A DNA stretch of 64,000 nucleotides, from the NCBI GenBank assembly GCA_951406725.2, contig OX597824.1, positions 992,001 through 1,056,000 on the forward strand, in the 5' to 3' direction. Below are positions 13,601 through 27,431 of this stretch, one piece after another. The position numbers and the translations under genes were made by a program. Below the pieces are notes generated by a model. It was not told the origin of the DNA, made no database searches, and saw only the letters and a list, made by a program, of their open reading frames with translations. The stretch is from Octopus vulgaris (lineage: Eukaryota). Every line of letters starts with the position of its first letter. Within the stretch, counting starts at the first letter, position 1.

Positions 13601-14439
13601 CTGTATGAGAGCTAAAAGTATAAATAAATCAGTTAATGCATTAGAAGTACACACGCACACACACACACACACACACGCACACACACACACACACACGCAC
13701 ACACATATTTAAGTATAAATATATACATGTGTGTGTGTGTGTATGCGTGCGTGTATGCTTGAGTGTTGTATGTATGTATATCTGTGTGCTCGAGTGTCTT
13801 CCTGTATGTGTGAAAAGAGCGCATTATGTTGCGCACAGAGAGGGAGACAGAAAGAAGGAGAGAGAGAGAGGGCGAAAGAGAGGGTGATAGAGAGAAAAAC
13901 AAAGAAAGAGAGAAAGTAAGAGAGAATGAGTGGGAAGACAAGAAAAATGCAGATAAAATTTGACGGAGTGAAAGCTAAAGAGTGGATCAGTGTTTGTTGG
14001 ATAGCAACTGGTTGGCGTTGCGTTGATTGGGTGATTTAACAAAGGCGGCAGCGAGCGAGTGCCGCCGCAGCTCCGCTTTCAAACTTTTATGAATTAATAT
14101 ATATATATATATGTATGTATATAAATGACGTCTATTCACTCGTGTTCGAGAAAGAGCATCACTGTCCATCAAGAATATTGTGCAATCAGGCAAAATGTAG
14201 AACTCTGCAGTTGACCAATGTGTCCAGTATTTAAAAAGATGCACATATTCACAGCTATTGCAGGTCAAGCTGCGTCTCCTGTTCAATTCACTAGCGATGC
14301 GCGCTTTTCAGCAGCTCGTCTAATTTCTGCATACACATACATGTATGCGTATACATACATACATACAAAAATATATATACGTACACCGTATTTATGTGTA
14401 TATATGTGTACATATGTTTGCGTGTATACTGTATGTAAG

Positions 14440-14467
<28 letters not shown>

Positions 14468-14471
<4 letters not shown>

Positions 14472-14775
14472 CCTGATCACCGTGACCGACCAGGCTATCA
14501 GATGTTGCTACACATCGCTGGTCACAATGCGCTTCACATTGTTTTAGCTTTCAAATGAGGCCACCCCGCTGGCTAAGCGAGCAGGCCAACAGAAGAAAGA
14601 TTGAGAGAAAGTTGTGGCGAGAGAGTACAGCAGGGATCGCTATCACCATCTGCCGGAGCCCCGTGGAGCTTCAGGTGTTTTCGCTCAATAAACACTCACA
14701 ACTCCCGGTCTGGGAATCGAAACCGCTATCTTACGACCGCGAGTCTGCTGCCCTAACCACTGGGCCATTGCGTCT

Positions 14776-14778
<3 letters not shown>
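14468..14778 (-). mobile_element. tRNA-derived SINE, family C head with tail variant 1
   Basis: Minus head GGAGACGCAATGGCCCAGTGGTTAGGGCAGC...GGTTTCGATTCCC (A/B boxes), shared with the copies at 18749 and 24227. Confidence 0.85.
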
Positions 14779-14823
<45 letters not shown>

Positions 14824-14836
14824 GTATATGTATATG

Positions 14837-14905
<69 letters not shown>

Positions 14906-15295
14906 ATATTTAGATTCATATTCATACGTCTGTATAAGTATGTATGGCGTTTACGCGCATCCTTTTGTGTATGTTGATATATATATGTAGATTTTAATAT
15001 AAATATGTATTGCAGTATTTATAACAGGTTTAATTTCTATGCATTAATTTGCACTGTCTTCATTAACGGCAATAGGTTTTTTCCTCGGTTTTTTCCTCGG
15101 TTTTTTCCTCGGATTTTATAATTTTTATAAGTTTTTTTATATATATATATACATATATTTTTGACCTTTTTGTTTATCGCTCGAAGATTGACCGTTTTTT
15201 CTAAAGGGCCAATCAAACAAGTCCATTTCTTTTTAAAGGTGTAGCGTTTGTAAGAGTATAGATTGAATTGATATATAAGTTCCATTCTAGCAAAA

Positions 15296-15335
15296 ACTGT
15301 CTGATGAACGGCAACGAGAAACTCAGAGTAACATA
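15296..15335 (+). ncRNA. minimal hammerhead ribozyme motif
   Basis: ACTGT-CTGATGA-aCG GCAA CGa-GAAA-CTC A GA-GTA-ACA. Stem I TGT/ACA, GNRA-capped stem II, stem III ACTC-A-GAGT. Confidence 0.75.
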
Positions 15336-15366
15336 TTTTGTTGAATTTTCTGCTGCTTAAAATAAA

Positions 15367-15401
<35 letters not shown>

Positions 15402-15443
15402 ATGTAAAGTATTAAACGACACTGAAGGAAGGAAAGAAAGGGT

Positions 15444-15478
15444 GTTTTACGTTTCGAGCAAAACTTTTCTTCAGAATT
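15444..15478 (-). ncRNA. minimal hammerhead ribozyme motif (decaying stems)
   Basis: Minus: TT-CTGAAGA-aaagttttgctc-GAAA-C-GTA-AA. Stem III is the palindrome ACGT; related to the copy at 34728. Confidence 0.65.
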
Positions 15479-17330
15479 AGGAAACAGAGGGAAGTCCAAG
15501 AGATTAAGAAGACAGAGGAAAACAATCGCCAATAATCCACCTGTAGTTATATTTGGGAATATATATATATATATATATATATGCACTAAGGGGCTTTCAG
15601 TTTCCACAGAGGAGACCATTGCTTGGCCTTGGGCTATAGTAGAAAACATTTGTCCAATTGTCATACAATAGAAGGGAAGTCAGAACCATGTGGTTGGGAA
15701 GCAAACTTGTTACCACACAGCCATTCATAATTGTGTTTCAAAATTAGTTCCATGTTTTAGAATTTTGAAGAAAGGGACATCATCGATTACATCGATCACA
15801 GTACTTGAGTGATGTTTTATCGACCCAGAGTGATGAAAGGCATCGCAGATCTTATCATAATATGAACTCAGTAAATATAACAACAAAAGTTATTTGTATA
15901 TAATCTTTAAAATTAATAACAGAAAAATAAAATATTGATTTTCTCGCTGGTAAAAGAACACTGTTCCAAATGTCCGCCATATTGGACGCCAGGTGTTGTA
16001 GAATACGGAGAATCTGTGGTCTGAAATTTCTGGAATATTTATCGTGGACATTGGAAAATTTCACTGCTTACATTGTCTTTTAGAAACAGCACAAGAATTA
16101 ATATTTGGAATGTAAAAACGAATCGGCTTGACCGATAATTTATCAAAGGCTTATAATAAAGAGACAATAGAGGAAATGATGTGAGGTTAAGATTGAAGCT
16201 GCAAACATGAAGCAGTATTGAATAACGTTAGGTTGCTGTAGACGTGGCAAGACGTTGTGACTGAGCGTTAACATGAATGGAAGCAAATGTACAGGAAGAT
16301 GTGTTTGTTAGTTTGAGAGTTTGTGATGTAGAATCTTATTAATTTCAATTTCGATTCCTCTCTATGTTCAATAAAAATCATAACTATTGAAAAGGCGAGG
16401 GTGGTGAGTGTAAACAGTCTGCAAGTAAACACCGGGCGCCCTGGCAAGAATCAACCATCTCGACCTGACCCGGATGACGGCACTACCATGTCGGTCGGTG
16501 GAGCTTTTCCCGTGCCGACAGTGCTTGCCCCATCGCAGTACAGCCAGGCCATGGAATTTCTGGAAGTTTAACATAGGTCCTGTTTGAAAGTCTTCCAGAA
16601 TAGGTCAACTGTTTGATTTTCGTCAACGGTTAGACTTCCACCGGAGACATCATCGCTCTTACCTACCATTAATCTTTAACAAAAGGCCATATTGGGACAT
16701 CCACTGATTGTATATATGGCTGGAATTTGTCAGTAAGCAACAAGAGAGCCGACAGTAATCTGTCTGGTTGCTTAAAAACAGCCAATAAACATCTGGTAAA
16801 TTAACCGCATCATTTCTCTTCTACATCCAAGAAACCAGGTAATTTTTAGAGAAAATATCGGAATCAAATAAAAATAATTTACCTTTTCTTTTTGTTTTGA
16901 TTTCTAAAGCCGGAGGAGAAATATTTTGAAAAGGAAATGTTATAATAACGAATCAGTTAAGAAGAGTTGAAAAATATGGATGAAAGAGACATAGTTTATA
17001 AAAAGACATCAGAACGTGAGAAGTAAAAAATAAAACACAAAACAAATTCATATCTAACGCAAAGAAATCCTCTTGGCGCAAAAACCAAGGTGTTTTGATA
17101 ACCTGTTTTATCTTACTGTGGCAGTGAAGCGTGCATACATATGCAATTCTAATTGCCCGACTGCTTATAAAAGAGTCGGCGTAGATTTTGTAAACGAAGA
17201 CTAAAAGTTTGTGAGAGGAAAATATTTAAATTGAGAAATTTGCATAAAAGATGTCCGTCTCCTTGTCTCTATCTCCCTATGTCAAGCATTTTCTATATCT
17301 ATTTCTGCACATACATACATACATACATAC

Positions 17331-17383
<53 letters not shown>

Positions 17384-17784
17384 TATCTACATATGTATAC
17401 GTACATATATATGCATATATACAGTATGTATGTATGTATGTATGTATGTATGTATGTATGTATGTATTGTATATGTGTGTATGTGTGTAATGGATAAGTG
17501 TGCGTTAAAAGGCACGTAATAGACACAGATTAGTGAACAGATCTCCGACTGAATGTCTAAAATCCAACGTCAAATGATGGGAGACGTATTCGAAGTAAGC
17601 TGGAGCTGGTCAGGGGAAATGCGCTGGTGAAGTTAATGAAAGTAAAATAAAGACGGACAGGAGCTTGCTAATGGCGTCAAAGCATTTTAAGATTAGTTAT
17701 ACAGATGTGTATATAAATTTAATTAAGCAGAAAGCAAGAAAAATAAAGTCTGTAGTCCGATAGAAGCAGAGAGTGAGAGTAAGA

Positions 17785-17837
<53 letters not shown>

Positions 17838-17871
17838 GGAATGGAAAATAATAGCGCAGGTAATACAGAGA

Positions 17872-18290
17872 AGGCGGCGAGCTGGCAGAGACGTTAGCAC
17901 GCCGGGCAAAATGCTTAGAGGTATTTCGTTTGCCGCTACGTTCTGAGTTCAAATTCCGCCGAGATCGACTTTGCCTTTCATCCTTTCGGGGTCGATTAAA
18001 TAAATACCAGTTACGCACTGGAGTCGATGTAATCGACTTAATACCTATGTCTGTCCTTGTTTGTCCCCTCTCTGTTTAGCCCCTTGTGGGTAGTAAAGAA
18101 ATAGGTATTTCGTCTGCCGCTACGTTCTGAGTTCAAATTCCGCCGAGGTCGAGTTTGCCTTTCATCCTTTCGGTGTCGATTAAATAAGTACCAGTTAATC
18201 ACTTGGGGCGATGTAATCGACTTAATCCATTTGTCTGCTGTCCTTGTTTGTCCCTTCTGTGTTTAGCCCCTTGTGGGTAGTAAAAAAAAA
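17872..18290 (+). mobile_element. family A SINE with tandem duplication of its ~183-bp 3' part
   Basis: GGTATTTCGTYTGCCGCTACGTTCTGAGTTCAAATTCC...AGCCCCTTGTGGGTAGTAAA occurs twice head-to-tail (about 17920 and 18103). Confidence 0.88.
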
Positions 18291-18748
18291 GGGAATACAG
18301 AGAGTTTTAAAAAGAGCGTGATCAAAATAATCGGTGGAGGGAGATATACAAGAGAAGAACAAAAAATATTTGTGAGAACAGAGGATGGAGAGAGCGGCGA
18401 GATGGCGGAGTAGCTATAAGAGAAAGATGTTGGCTTGTTGTTCAAAAGACAAAGGTGCGATACAGCAGAGTGTATAAGGCTACAAGGTTATATGGTAGAA
18501 GTATTAACAAAAATAAATTAAAGAAAATCTAATAGATCACCTGCTGAGCGAAAGACTGCCAAAAGGCTTAGCTATCAAACTGTTTAAAGATCATCCATGC
18601 ATGCAAGGCGTGAATGATTCGGGAAAATATTAAGAAAAGGGTGCAAATAAAAATAGAGCAAACAGACGGTCAACTTAGGAAAGTCTAAGGAGTGACTACA
18701 TAATTACAATTCTATAAATTATCGAACAAATAAATAATTATATTTTTT

Positions 18749-19129
18749 GTGGCACCCCGTCGGTTGCGACGACGAAGGTTCCAGTTGATCCGATCAACGG
18801 AACAGCCTGCTCGTGAAATTAAAGTGCAAGTGGCTGAGCACTCCACAGATATGCGTACCCTTAACGAAGTTCTCAAGGAGAGTCAGTGTGATACAGAGTG
18901 TGACAAGGCTGGCACTTTGAAATACAGGTACAAGAGAAACAAGAAGAAAGAGTGAGAGAAAGTTGTGGTGAAAGAGTATAGCAGGGTTCGCCACTACCCA
19001 CTGCCGGAGGCTCGTTGAGCTTTCGGCGTTTTCGCTCAATAAACACTCATAACGCCCGGTCTGGGAATCGAAACCGCGATCCTACGACCGCGAGTCCGCT
19101 GCCCTAACCGCTGGGCCATTGCGCCTCCA
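18749..19129 (-). mobile_element. tRNA-derived SINE, family C head with tail variant 2
   Basis: Minus head GGAGGCGCAATGGCCCAGCGGTTAGGGCAGCGGACTCGCGG...GGTTTCGATTCCC. Confidence 0.88.
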
Positions 19130-19730
19130 CTAATAGTTATATAATCCTATAAATACTCATTTATAAAGGACATAAATAAATATAAAGGTTCGATATCAGA
19201 GAATACTAAGGATAAAGCCGAGGAATCCGAAAAAAAAAACTAAGGCAGGTTGATAGAAAAGTAATCGTAGAGGTGAATACTTATCTAAATCAGATGGAAC
19301 GTATGGCGAAAAACAAAGGTTTTAGAAAATAATGCATAGAAAAGGTGATAGCTTCCCTTGGACGGTTCAGAAAACGATGCTAATTCTCTCTAAGATCTCG
19401 ATAGACTCTTTGCTAGAGAGATGGAAAGTGTTCAGACACCTTGGTGCGGCCTTTTATGTTTTAATAATGGACCAAATAATGTTGAAAGACATGTTGTTCT
19501 TAGGATAGTATATACGATTAGCTAATGTAGAATGAAAAATCCTCTCTTAAAGTCGACACCCCCACCCCCATATCACAAATTTTTTATTCTCTCTGTTTAT
19601 TTTCTCTTATTCCTTTCTCTTATTCCTTTCGAAACGTAAAAGACTTTTTCACTTTCCCGAGCGTCAAACTAATACACCTGCTTGTTGTTCATACACCTGT
19701 TTTCGTCTTTTTATTTTCTGTAAATTTCGA

Positions 19731-19838
<108 letters not shown>

Positions 19839-20467
19839 CTATTTTATGCATACACACATATTCTGGTTGTACTTTGTTGTCTTTAACGTACGGTGCATTT
19901 GTAGACTACGTTATATCTCTAGCAATAACCATTCACGGGACATTTATTAAGTGCTTTACAGTTGCATTTCTTTTTATCTCATATTAAATTACAATTATCG
20001 TTACTCCTATTATTGTTATTTTCCGAAGTGATAGTTAAACTACTATTTATATCACATGAACCAATATTAGAACCTAATATACTGCTATTCTTGTTATGAG
20101 TACTAAATCTACCATTATTGCTAATGTGAATGTGGTTATCGTTAAAACCTAGACGAATGGGCTTATTAATACCCACCTTTTCATTGTTATAATTAATATA
20201 TCTAATACGGTTGCTACTCTTAACACTACCTTCTGCATTAGTTTTTTAATATGGTCCCCATTATTTTTAATAATAGAAGTAGTAGTATTATAAGAAACAG
20301 CAGGAATAGTAAGCGAACCAGAAAAGTATTAGAAACAAAATCAGTAACTTCAAGTAGAGAAGGTTTCCTGCGTTGATTTTCTGCTCTTAAATTTAATATC
20401 TGATTGAAAGGATTTGTGCTAACGATGAAGCATTTGTGTTTCCCGATTCTAACATTACAAGTATTCT

Positions 20468-20633
20468 AAGGCGGCGAACTGGCAGAATCGTTAGCACACC
20501 AGGTGAAATGCTTAGCGGCTTTTCATCAGTCTTTACGTCCTGAGTTCAAATTCCGCCGAGGTCAACTTAGGCTTTCATCCCTTTATATTGATAAAATAAC
20601 TACTAATTGGCCTTGTGCCAGAATTCAAAACCG
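20468..20633 (+). mobile_element. family A SINE (internally deleted)
   Basis: AGGCGGCGAACTGGCAGAATCGTTAGCAC...GAGTTCAAATTCCGCCGAGG...GCTTTCATCC. Confidence 0.8.
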
Positions 20634-22174
20634 GTATTTGAAGCATTCTCTTCTTTCTTGTGATTATCCCAAAGAAGACCAAAGAAGAATTTGGACTTTA
20701 TGCTTAACAATTATTAAAATTCTATTTAAAATACTGTTACTTATACGAACAAATAAGTCCAATCGAAGGTTTAAGGATGAAGTCGCTCTTACAACCCTTC
20801 AGAATGATGTAAGGAGATCGAGGTGGGTAAAAATCCTGTCCTCAAACCCCTATTTTCTGACAAGTCCCCACTAAGGATGATGAATTTCCCTCGAACAGAT
20901 TCAACTGTCTTTTAACAGCGTCCATATAGTTCAGTAGTAACGAAGTTCCGATATTTATTCACAGGGTCAGCATACAAATTATATATATACATATATATAA
21001 TGCTCGTCTTGGCAACATTAACTTTCTAAGAGCGTAATTAACGCTAAAAGGAAACGAGGGAATGAAGCCGAACCGCTTCGAGACGATAACTCTAAGATAA
21101 CAGCGGAGGGGTGGGGGGAGTCATTTTCCCACAGTTTCCACCAGATATTCCTGATGGAAAGCAACATACCATTGAACTATATTCGTAAACACATGAAACA
21201 ATACGGAGTAACGATGCTAAGAGGGTAAAACACTTTTTCTTTTTTCACGAGAGTCAGGCATTGCTGCCGCTCGTTTAACAAACTTATATTCTTATTCAAA
21301 CTTCAATTACGAAGAATGCAACATCTTCAGAGAGGAGGCAACGCCTATTTGAAGTAACAGTCATTCATATATCAGTATATCTCTATCATAATATATTATA
21401 TATGTGTGTATGTGTGTTATTATATGTATACACACACACACACATATATATCTCTGTATTGATGTATGTATATAGATGCTTGCATGTATGTATACATAAA
21501 TGTGTGTAAATATATTTGTATATATGCACACACACACACAAACACACACACATATATATACACGCACACACACAAACACACACATATATATACACGCACA
21601 CACAAAAACACACATACACACACACACATACTGATGTGAAATTAATGTATTATCTCAGAATAAAAGCGTCTAGCTCGTTTAATGCTTCCTGGATATAAGC
21701 AACCTCTCCAATAAACCAAGCTGGCCAATTGGCACATTTACAAACAGGGAAACTTTTATAACTGCAATTCGTCTCGCATAAGACAATTTGATAGCCTCGA
21801 GTTTCCATTTGCTCAGTCTGTAGTCTTCTTCCTTTGGCGAAAATCTTCAATGATGCGGCTGACCGAGTCTATGACGCTAAACCGTCGAAAAAGAAAACAA
21901 AAAGAACCAGAACCATGTTAAAGTAGTCGTTACTGGTCCTCCAAGCAATAGTTTCCGTGTAGCGCGGTCCGTGGCGGAGACAAACCAAAACATCAACCAA
22001 ATTTTATATTTTTTCAATGGAAAATTGGCAGAATCGTAAGCACGTGAAACAAAATACCTTTTACTATTTGCTTTCGGCCATTGCATTCTGACTTTAAATC
22101 AAGTAAATGCTCAAATTCGTCTTTTATCTTTCCCTCTCTCTAATTAATGGAATTGATTTACTTCCAGATACCTA

Positions 22175-22330
22175 TACGAGTAGGTGCTGAAAAGTTCCTG
22201 GCTTTAAGGGTATCATAAAAGGCCTGGTTGGGGGCCTCGCCTTCCGAGTTCTTTTACAGGGATTAGAAAAAACAGAAGCACCGCTGCAATAAGTGTGCAA
22301 ATATGAGGCGGGAAAATGTTGAATAAAATG
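22175..22330 (+). mobile_element. mariner-derived MITE fragment
   Basis: TA-CGAGTAGGTGCTGAAAAGTTCCTGGC TIR-like start, followed by a transposase C-terminal remnant (HRCNKCANMRRENVE*). Confidence 0.6.
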
Positions 22331-22681
22331 TTGAATGATAATACGATGATCCATGGGATCTTTGTATTATGTTGATGCATGATATCGCAGGACTTTGGCA
22401 AGTCTATTTTTGTTTTTCCTTCCATCGTTATCACTTCTCCATTTATTATTCCCGTGTGTTTTGGGTAGAATGTTGCACTGATGAATACGTACAGCTCTTC
22501 CCTGTAGTCGTCACCTGCTGTTGGTCGTTCTCTTTTGGTGACATTAAAAGATGGCTGCGGCTGTTGAGTGTTGTTGAGCAAACATTTGAACTGAGACTGT
22601 AAGGACGGACGGAATTCCGCGAAGCATTTTGTCCGGTGTGGCAACGATTCTGCCAGCTCGACATAACAATGATGATGATGA

Positions 22682-22714
<33 letters not shown>

Positions 22715-23550
22715 TGATGATGATGATGACTGAAAACTTTACTTTCATCGCATGAAGTGATATTCAGTGTATACTATAATCAGATATTATGTGTGTATAT
22801 ATACACACACATGCATGTACACACACACACACACACATTGTGCATAACTAGTGAATGCATTATATATATATTAAAAGGTGGTGTTCCAGCATGGCCACAG
22901 TCAAATGACTGAAACAAGTAAAACAATAGGTGTGTGCGTGTGTGTGCATGCATGTGTGTGTATATATGTGTGTGTATATATGTGTGTGTATATATGTGTG
23001 TGTATATACACACAAAACATTTCGTATACACAAAAATTATGAATATTTTACGGGATTACACTTCCATAAATCTTTTTGCGAGTTAAAAACATAAATCAAA
23101 ATAGAAAATGTTAACCGTTCTTATCAAAATATTAGAATATTCTTATCTTTCTTTGTGCTTTGTTCCTATCAAATATTCAAATGTGAAGTTCTGTGTATAA
23201 ACATTAGCTGAAAATTACTTGCGATGTGTCTAGCAAGTAAAATTTTCTGACACGTCAAATTATTTTCCCGAAAACTTCAACAATTGATTTGTATCTATGT
23301 ATTGAGACTCGTTAAATACAAAAGCATTCAAAATTAGACAGGATGCTTAGTCTGACACTAAATATATAAATTTTTAGATACTCTTAGAGCTAGCCATTAT
23401 CCGTGATTGGGTATGGCTAGGTAATGCGTACCATGATTTAGCTAATTGCTGATTGTTTAAGGAATCAACGGAAATTTGTGTCTCCCTATGATATATACTG
23501 TATGTTTTTACACAATAGAGTGTCCAACTGATTAAAAATTCTATATATTT

Positions 23551-23638
23551 ATGCAGCTGTTGATAGCCCTGCATTTAAATTAATGTAATGATTGCAATGT
23601 TCAATTAAATGGAGCCGCTTGAAATGGTCGTACTGCAT
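23551..23638 (+). ncRNA. degenerate hammerhead motif (core A6 to U)
   Basis: ATGCAG-CTGTTGA-tAGC...GCTt-GAAA-TGGTC-GTA-CTGCAT. Perfect 6-bp stem I; paralog at 52820. Confidence 0.65.
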
Positions 23639-23665
23639 CAGCTCTTAATATACTGTTGCTTATTT

Positions 23666-23696
<31 letters not shown>

Positions 23697-23699
<3 letters not shown>

Positions 23700-24040
23700 G
23701 GTAAAGACCCCCTTCGGTCATGAATGACCATGGGATTGCACCTAGAAAGTTACCCTCCTAGACACAAGTCCGGGCAAGGTTGTTTATGGAAGACCAGCAG
23801 TCGCCCATGCATACCAGCCTTCCCTCTCCACGTCACCGATGTTATCCAAGGGAAAGACAAAGCCTGATACAGCTTGGCACCAGTGACGTCGCAACTCATT
23901 TCTACAGCTGAGTGAACTGGAGCAACGTGAAATAAAGTGCTTTGCTCAAGAACACAACACGCAGCCCGGTCCGGGATTCGAGCTCACAACCTCACGATCG
24001 TAAGCTCGACGCTCTAACCACTGAGCCATGCGCCTTCACC
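23697..24040 (-). mobile_element. tRNA-derived CORE-type SINE, family D
   Basis: Minus: GTGAAGGCGCATGGCTCAGTGGTTAGAGCG...GCTCGAATCCC, then CORE-like TGTGTTCTTGAGCAAAGCACTT. Confidence 0.85.
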
Positions 24041-24340
24041 TAAAGCTCCGCGAGGCTCCGGCAGGGCTGGTGGTGATCCCTGCTGTACTCTTTTTTAACG
24101 GCGGTCCATCAGCATGGCTGCAGCTCTGAGCTGAAACTAGAGGGAAAAAAAACGTGTATATTCTTTAAAAGAAATCTGAATATAAATAACCTAAAAATGC
24201 CTTATTTTTCCCTCGTGCCACACGTTTTTTTCCCCTCTAGTTTCAGCTCAGAGCTGCGGCCATGCTGATGCACCGCCGTTAAAAAAGGGTACAGGAGGGA
24301 TCACCACCAGCCCTGCCGGAGCCTCGTGGAGCTTTAGGTG
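24037..24340. repeat. inverted repeat, ~120-bp arms with ~62-bp spacer
   Basis: 24037-24157 is the reverse complement of 24220-24340 with few mismatches; the right arm belongs to a family C SINE extending to 24440. Confidence 0.92.
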
Positions 24341-25017
24341 TTTTCGTTCAATAAACACTCACAACGCCCGGTCAGGTAATCGAAACCGCGATCAAACGAT
24401 CGCGAGTCTGCTGCCCTTTCCAATGGGCCATTGCGCCTCCATTGGATATAATTTGAAAATATTTACACAAGTGGTGCTCCAGCATGACCATGGCCGCATG
24501 GCCGAAACGAGTAAAAGAGTAAGAGTTAGAGGCGAAAATTTGTGATATAAACTTGACATATGCGATCTTATTTACAACCTTATCCACACAACGTATGCAT
24601 TATTTGTATTTCAGCTTTTAGAGTCCTTTATATAGCAATGGTAAATAAATCACGTATAGCTGCTATTATGTATACGGGTGTACGTTTAGGCATACACATG
24701 TGAATAAACATGTATAGAAATGCATAAATGTATATGTGTATGCATACATGTATGTATACATACGTGCTTACACAAATAGGTGCATGCAAACATTCATACT
24801 TAGATGTATATGCAAGCAACAACATGCACACTACATACCTAACTATCGATACACATACTTGCAAATAGGCATACGTATCTGCATACATACGTATAGACAT
24901 GAATACAAACATATACACATGCAGACATATGTATATACTAACATACATACACATATGTATACATTCATACATACAAACTTACCTGCATACATACATATCT
25001 ATATACATACCTACATA

Positions 25018-25179
<162 letters not shown>

Positions 25180-25431
25180 CATTTCTATGCATATATATAT
25201 CCATAGAAAGGCAGAGATTCTTCAAGGTAGAACAATGCAAGCAGATCGTATCCTCTAAACAGCATAGATTAGAAGCACAATGCATATCTGTAAATCATTC
25301 CAGAGTTTGTCAGTTCGAGGTTTCTAGATTGAGCATAATGGCACAATCACATGTGGTTATGTCACTCACGCACACATGTATACATATACGCACTCGCTTA
25401 CATACTCATACATGTACATAAACAGCAATGA

Positions 25432-25478
<47 letters not shown>

Positions 25479-26194
25479 GTGTGTACAATAATGACTTGGC
25501 TTCCTGGTTGTTTGTGTATTGCGATACAACGATTCTCACATAACTGGATAGAACAGATAAGGTGATGACATGCATCTTTGAAGGAATGCAGGAAGAAGGC
25601 AGAAAATGTTTCAGAAATAAAAAGAAAAAACAGGAATACAAAGGAAAATATTTATGGAAATCAATTAGAAAGTAGATAAAGCGTTTTGGTGTGATGCACA
25701 GGTGATAGAAATATATTTAGCTCGGATAGGAGAATTCGATAAGATAGGGCTGGTCGGACAGTTTAGATCAAATATTATTTGGATCAATAAACCTCAAGAA
25801 ATTTTTGTTTTTTTAGATCAACAAAACAGAAATACGTTTCACATTTTTCAGATCTCTGATAAGAAAAAAAAACAAAAAACAAAACAAAACCTGTCGTTGT
25901 CGTCGTATTTGCTGATGTTTTTCTTGTTAATGTTGTTGTTGTTGATGATGATGCTGTAGTCGCCATCTTAATCATTGCAGTTTTGCTGTTGTTTCTTCAG
26001 AGAACAGACAGTAAACACGAAAGAATTAATGGATGAAATTTAATTATTCGACCGAGATGCGGCTCGAAACAAACAGATCAGATTTATGTTGCTTTGTAAA
26101 TTTGCCCGTGAGAAAAGATACTTTATGTTAATAATTCTTGGAAATTAGACATTTCTGAAAGAAAGAAACGAAAAATATTTTTTCTATGTCTATG

Positions 26195-26548
26195 TGGTAA
26201 GAAGCTTGCTTCCCAACCATATAGTTTCGGGTTCAGTCCCCTGCGTGGCATCTTGGGTAAGTGTCTTCTATTATAGCCTTGGGCCAACCAATGCCTTGTC
26301 AGTGGATTTGGTAGACGGAAACTGAAAGAAGCCCGTCATATGTATGTATATGTTTGCATGTGTCTTTCTTGAGAACCCGTGTTGGTGTGTTTGCATCCCA
26401 GTAACTTTGTGGTTCGGCAAAAACGTCCGTTAGAATAAATACTAGGCTTCAAAAGTAAGTCCTAGGATCGATTCGTTCGACTACAATAGTTCATGTCAGT
26501 GCCTCAGCATGGCCACAGTCTAATGACTGAAGCAAACAAAAGAAAGAA
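26195..26548 (+). mobile_element. CORE-type SINE, family B
   Basis: TGGTAAGAAGCTTGC...GGTTCAGTCCC...TCTTGGGTAAGTGTCTTC...CAGCATGGCCACAGTC tail. Confidence 0.85.
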
Positions 26549-27322
26549 GAGACATGTTTAAAAGGATAATTCAATGTGTAAGATGGCCGTGCAGTTCTTT
26601 TAAGGCGTTAAGTATCTTAAAGGCTAAAATCTCAGAGGAATCAAACACGGGATGCAGTCTTGGGTCAGTCTTGTGTGTTAGCCCTGAAATTTATCCTATG
26701 AAGCTCATCCACAAGTACAGGCTATCAGACAGGCGGTAATCTGGAGTCTCTTTTGATTGTTTTATTAAATACAGGCCTGACAAACAACAAGTATACATAT
26801 GATTTTTACAATTACAAGCAAAGAGAGTCAAGTCAGCAAGTCCTTTCGCTGCATTAATTTGCAGTTGTGTCATTGAAATTTGATCTCCCGGTTATTGATG
26901 TATTATGCAATATTATATGCAGCAGCTTATTCATGGGTTCTCGAACTCAGCTCATGAATAGTTTATATGAATTCATTTGCTGCAGAGGCTTGAATTATCA
27001 ATAGTTTATAATCATATTGAGTTGGATGTGTTTACATGGTTAGATTTGTATTTTAGAAACGGATAAAAATAAACCCCTGAAGATATCTTCCTTACTAACA
27101 ATAAAAAAATAAATTTATACACACAGATTTGGTAATATATGTGCGTTTATACACACACACATCAAAATATAAAGAATTACCTATACTTACATTCATCCCA
27201 ATTGATTCAATCAAATTTCCAAACAGAATATTTTGCTGTAGATAAATGAATGGAGATATACTGGCACAGCGCCTAATATTTTGATTATGAATGATAAAAT
27301 TTAAAAGTTGGTAATGCTCCAG

Positions 27323-27364
<42 letters not shown>

Positions 27365-27431
27365 TCATATGTGTGTGTGGAATCAAAGAAAACAATAAAT
27401 ATATGTGTATATGTAAATAAAATATATATAT

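Noticed and set aside
19055-19129. tRNA gene (also 14705-14778 and 23965-24040)
   Set aside because: A/B boxes are present, but there is no proper acceptor stem and each continues into a SINE body.
19628-19730. CGAAACGTAA half-hammerhead in a repeat also seen at 10260-10335
   Set aside because: The CTGANGA half is missing, so it is not counted as a ribozyme.
20865-20912. CTAAGGA...CAACTGTC hammerhead-like remnant
   Set aside because: GAAA absent and core mutated; too degenerate to support.
26928-26960. 11-bp hairpin considered as a pre-miRNA
   Set aside because: Stem too short for a miRNA precursor.
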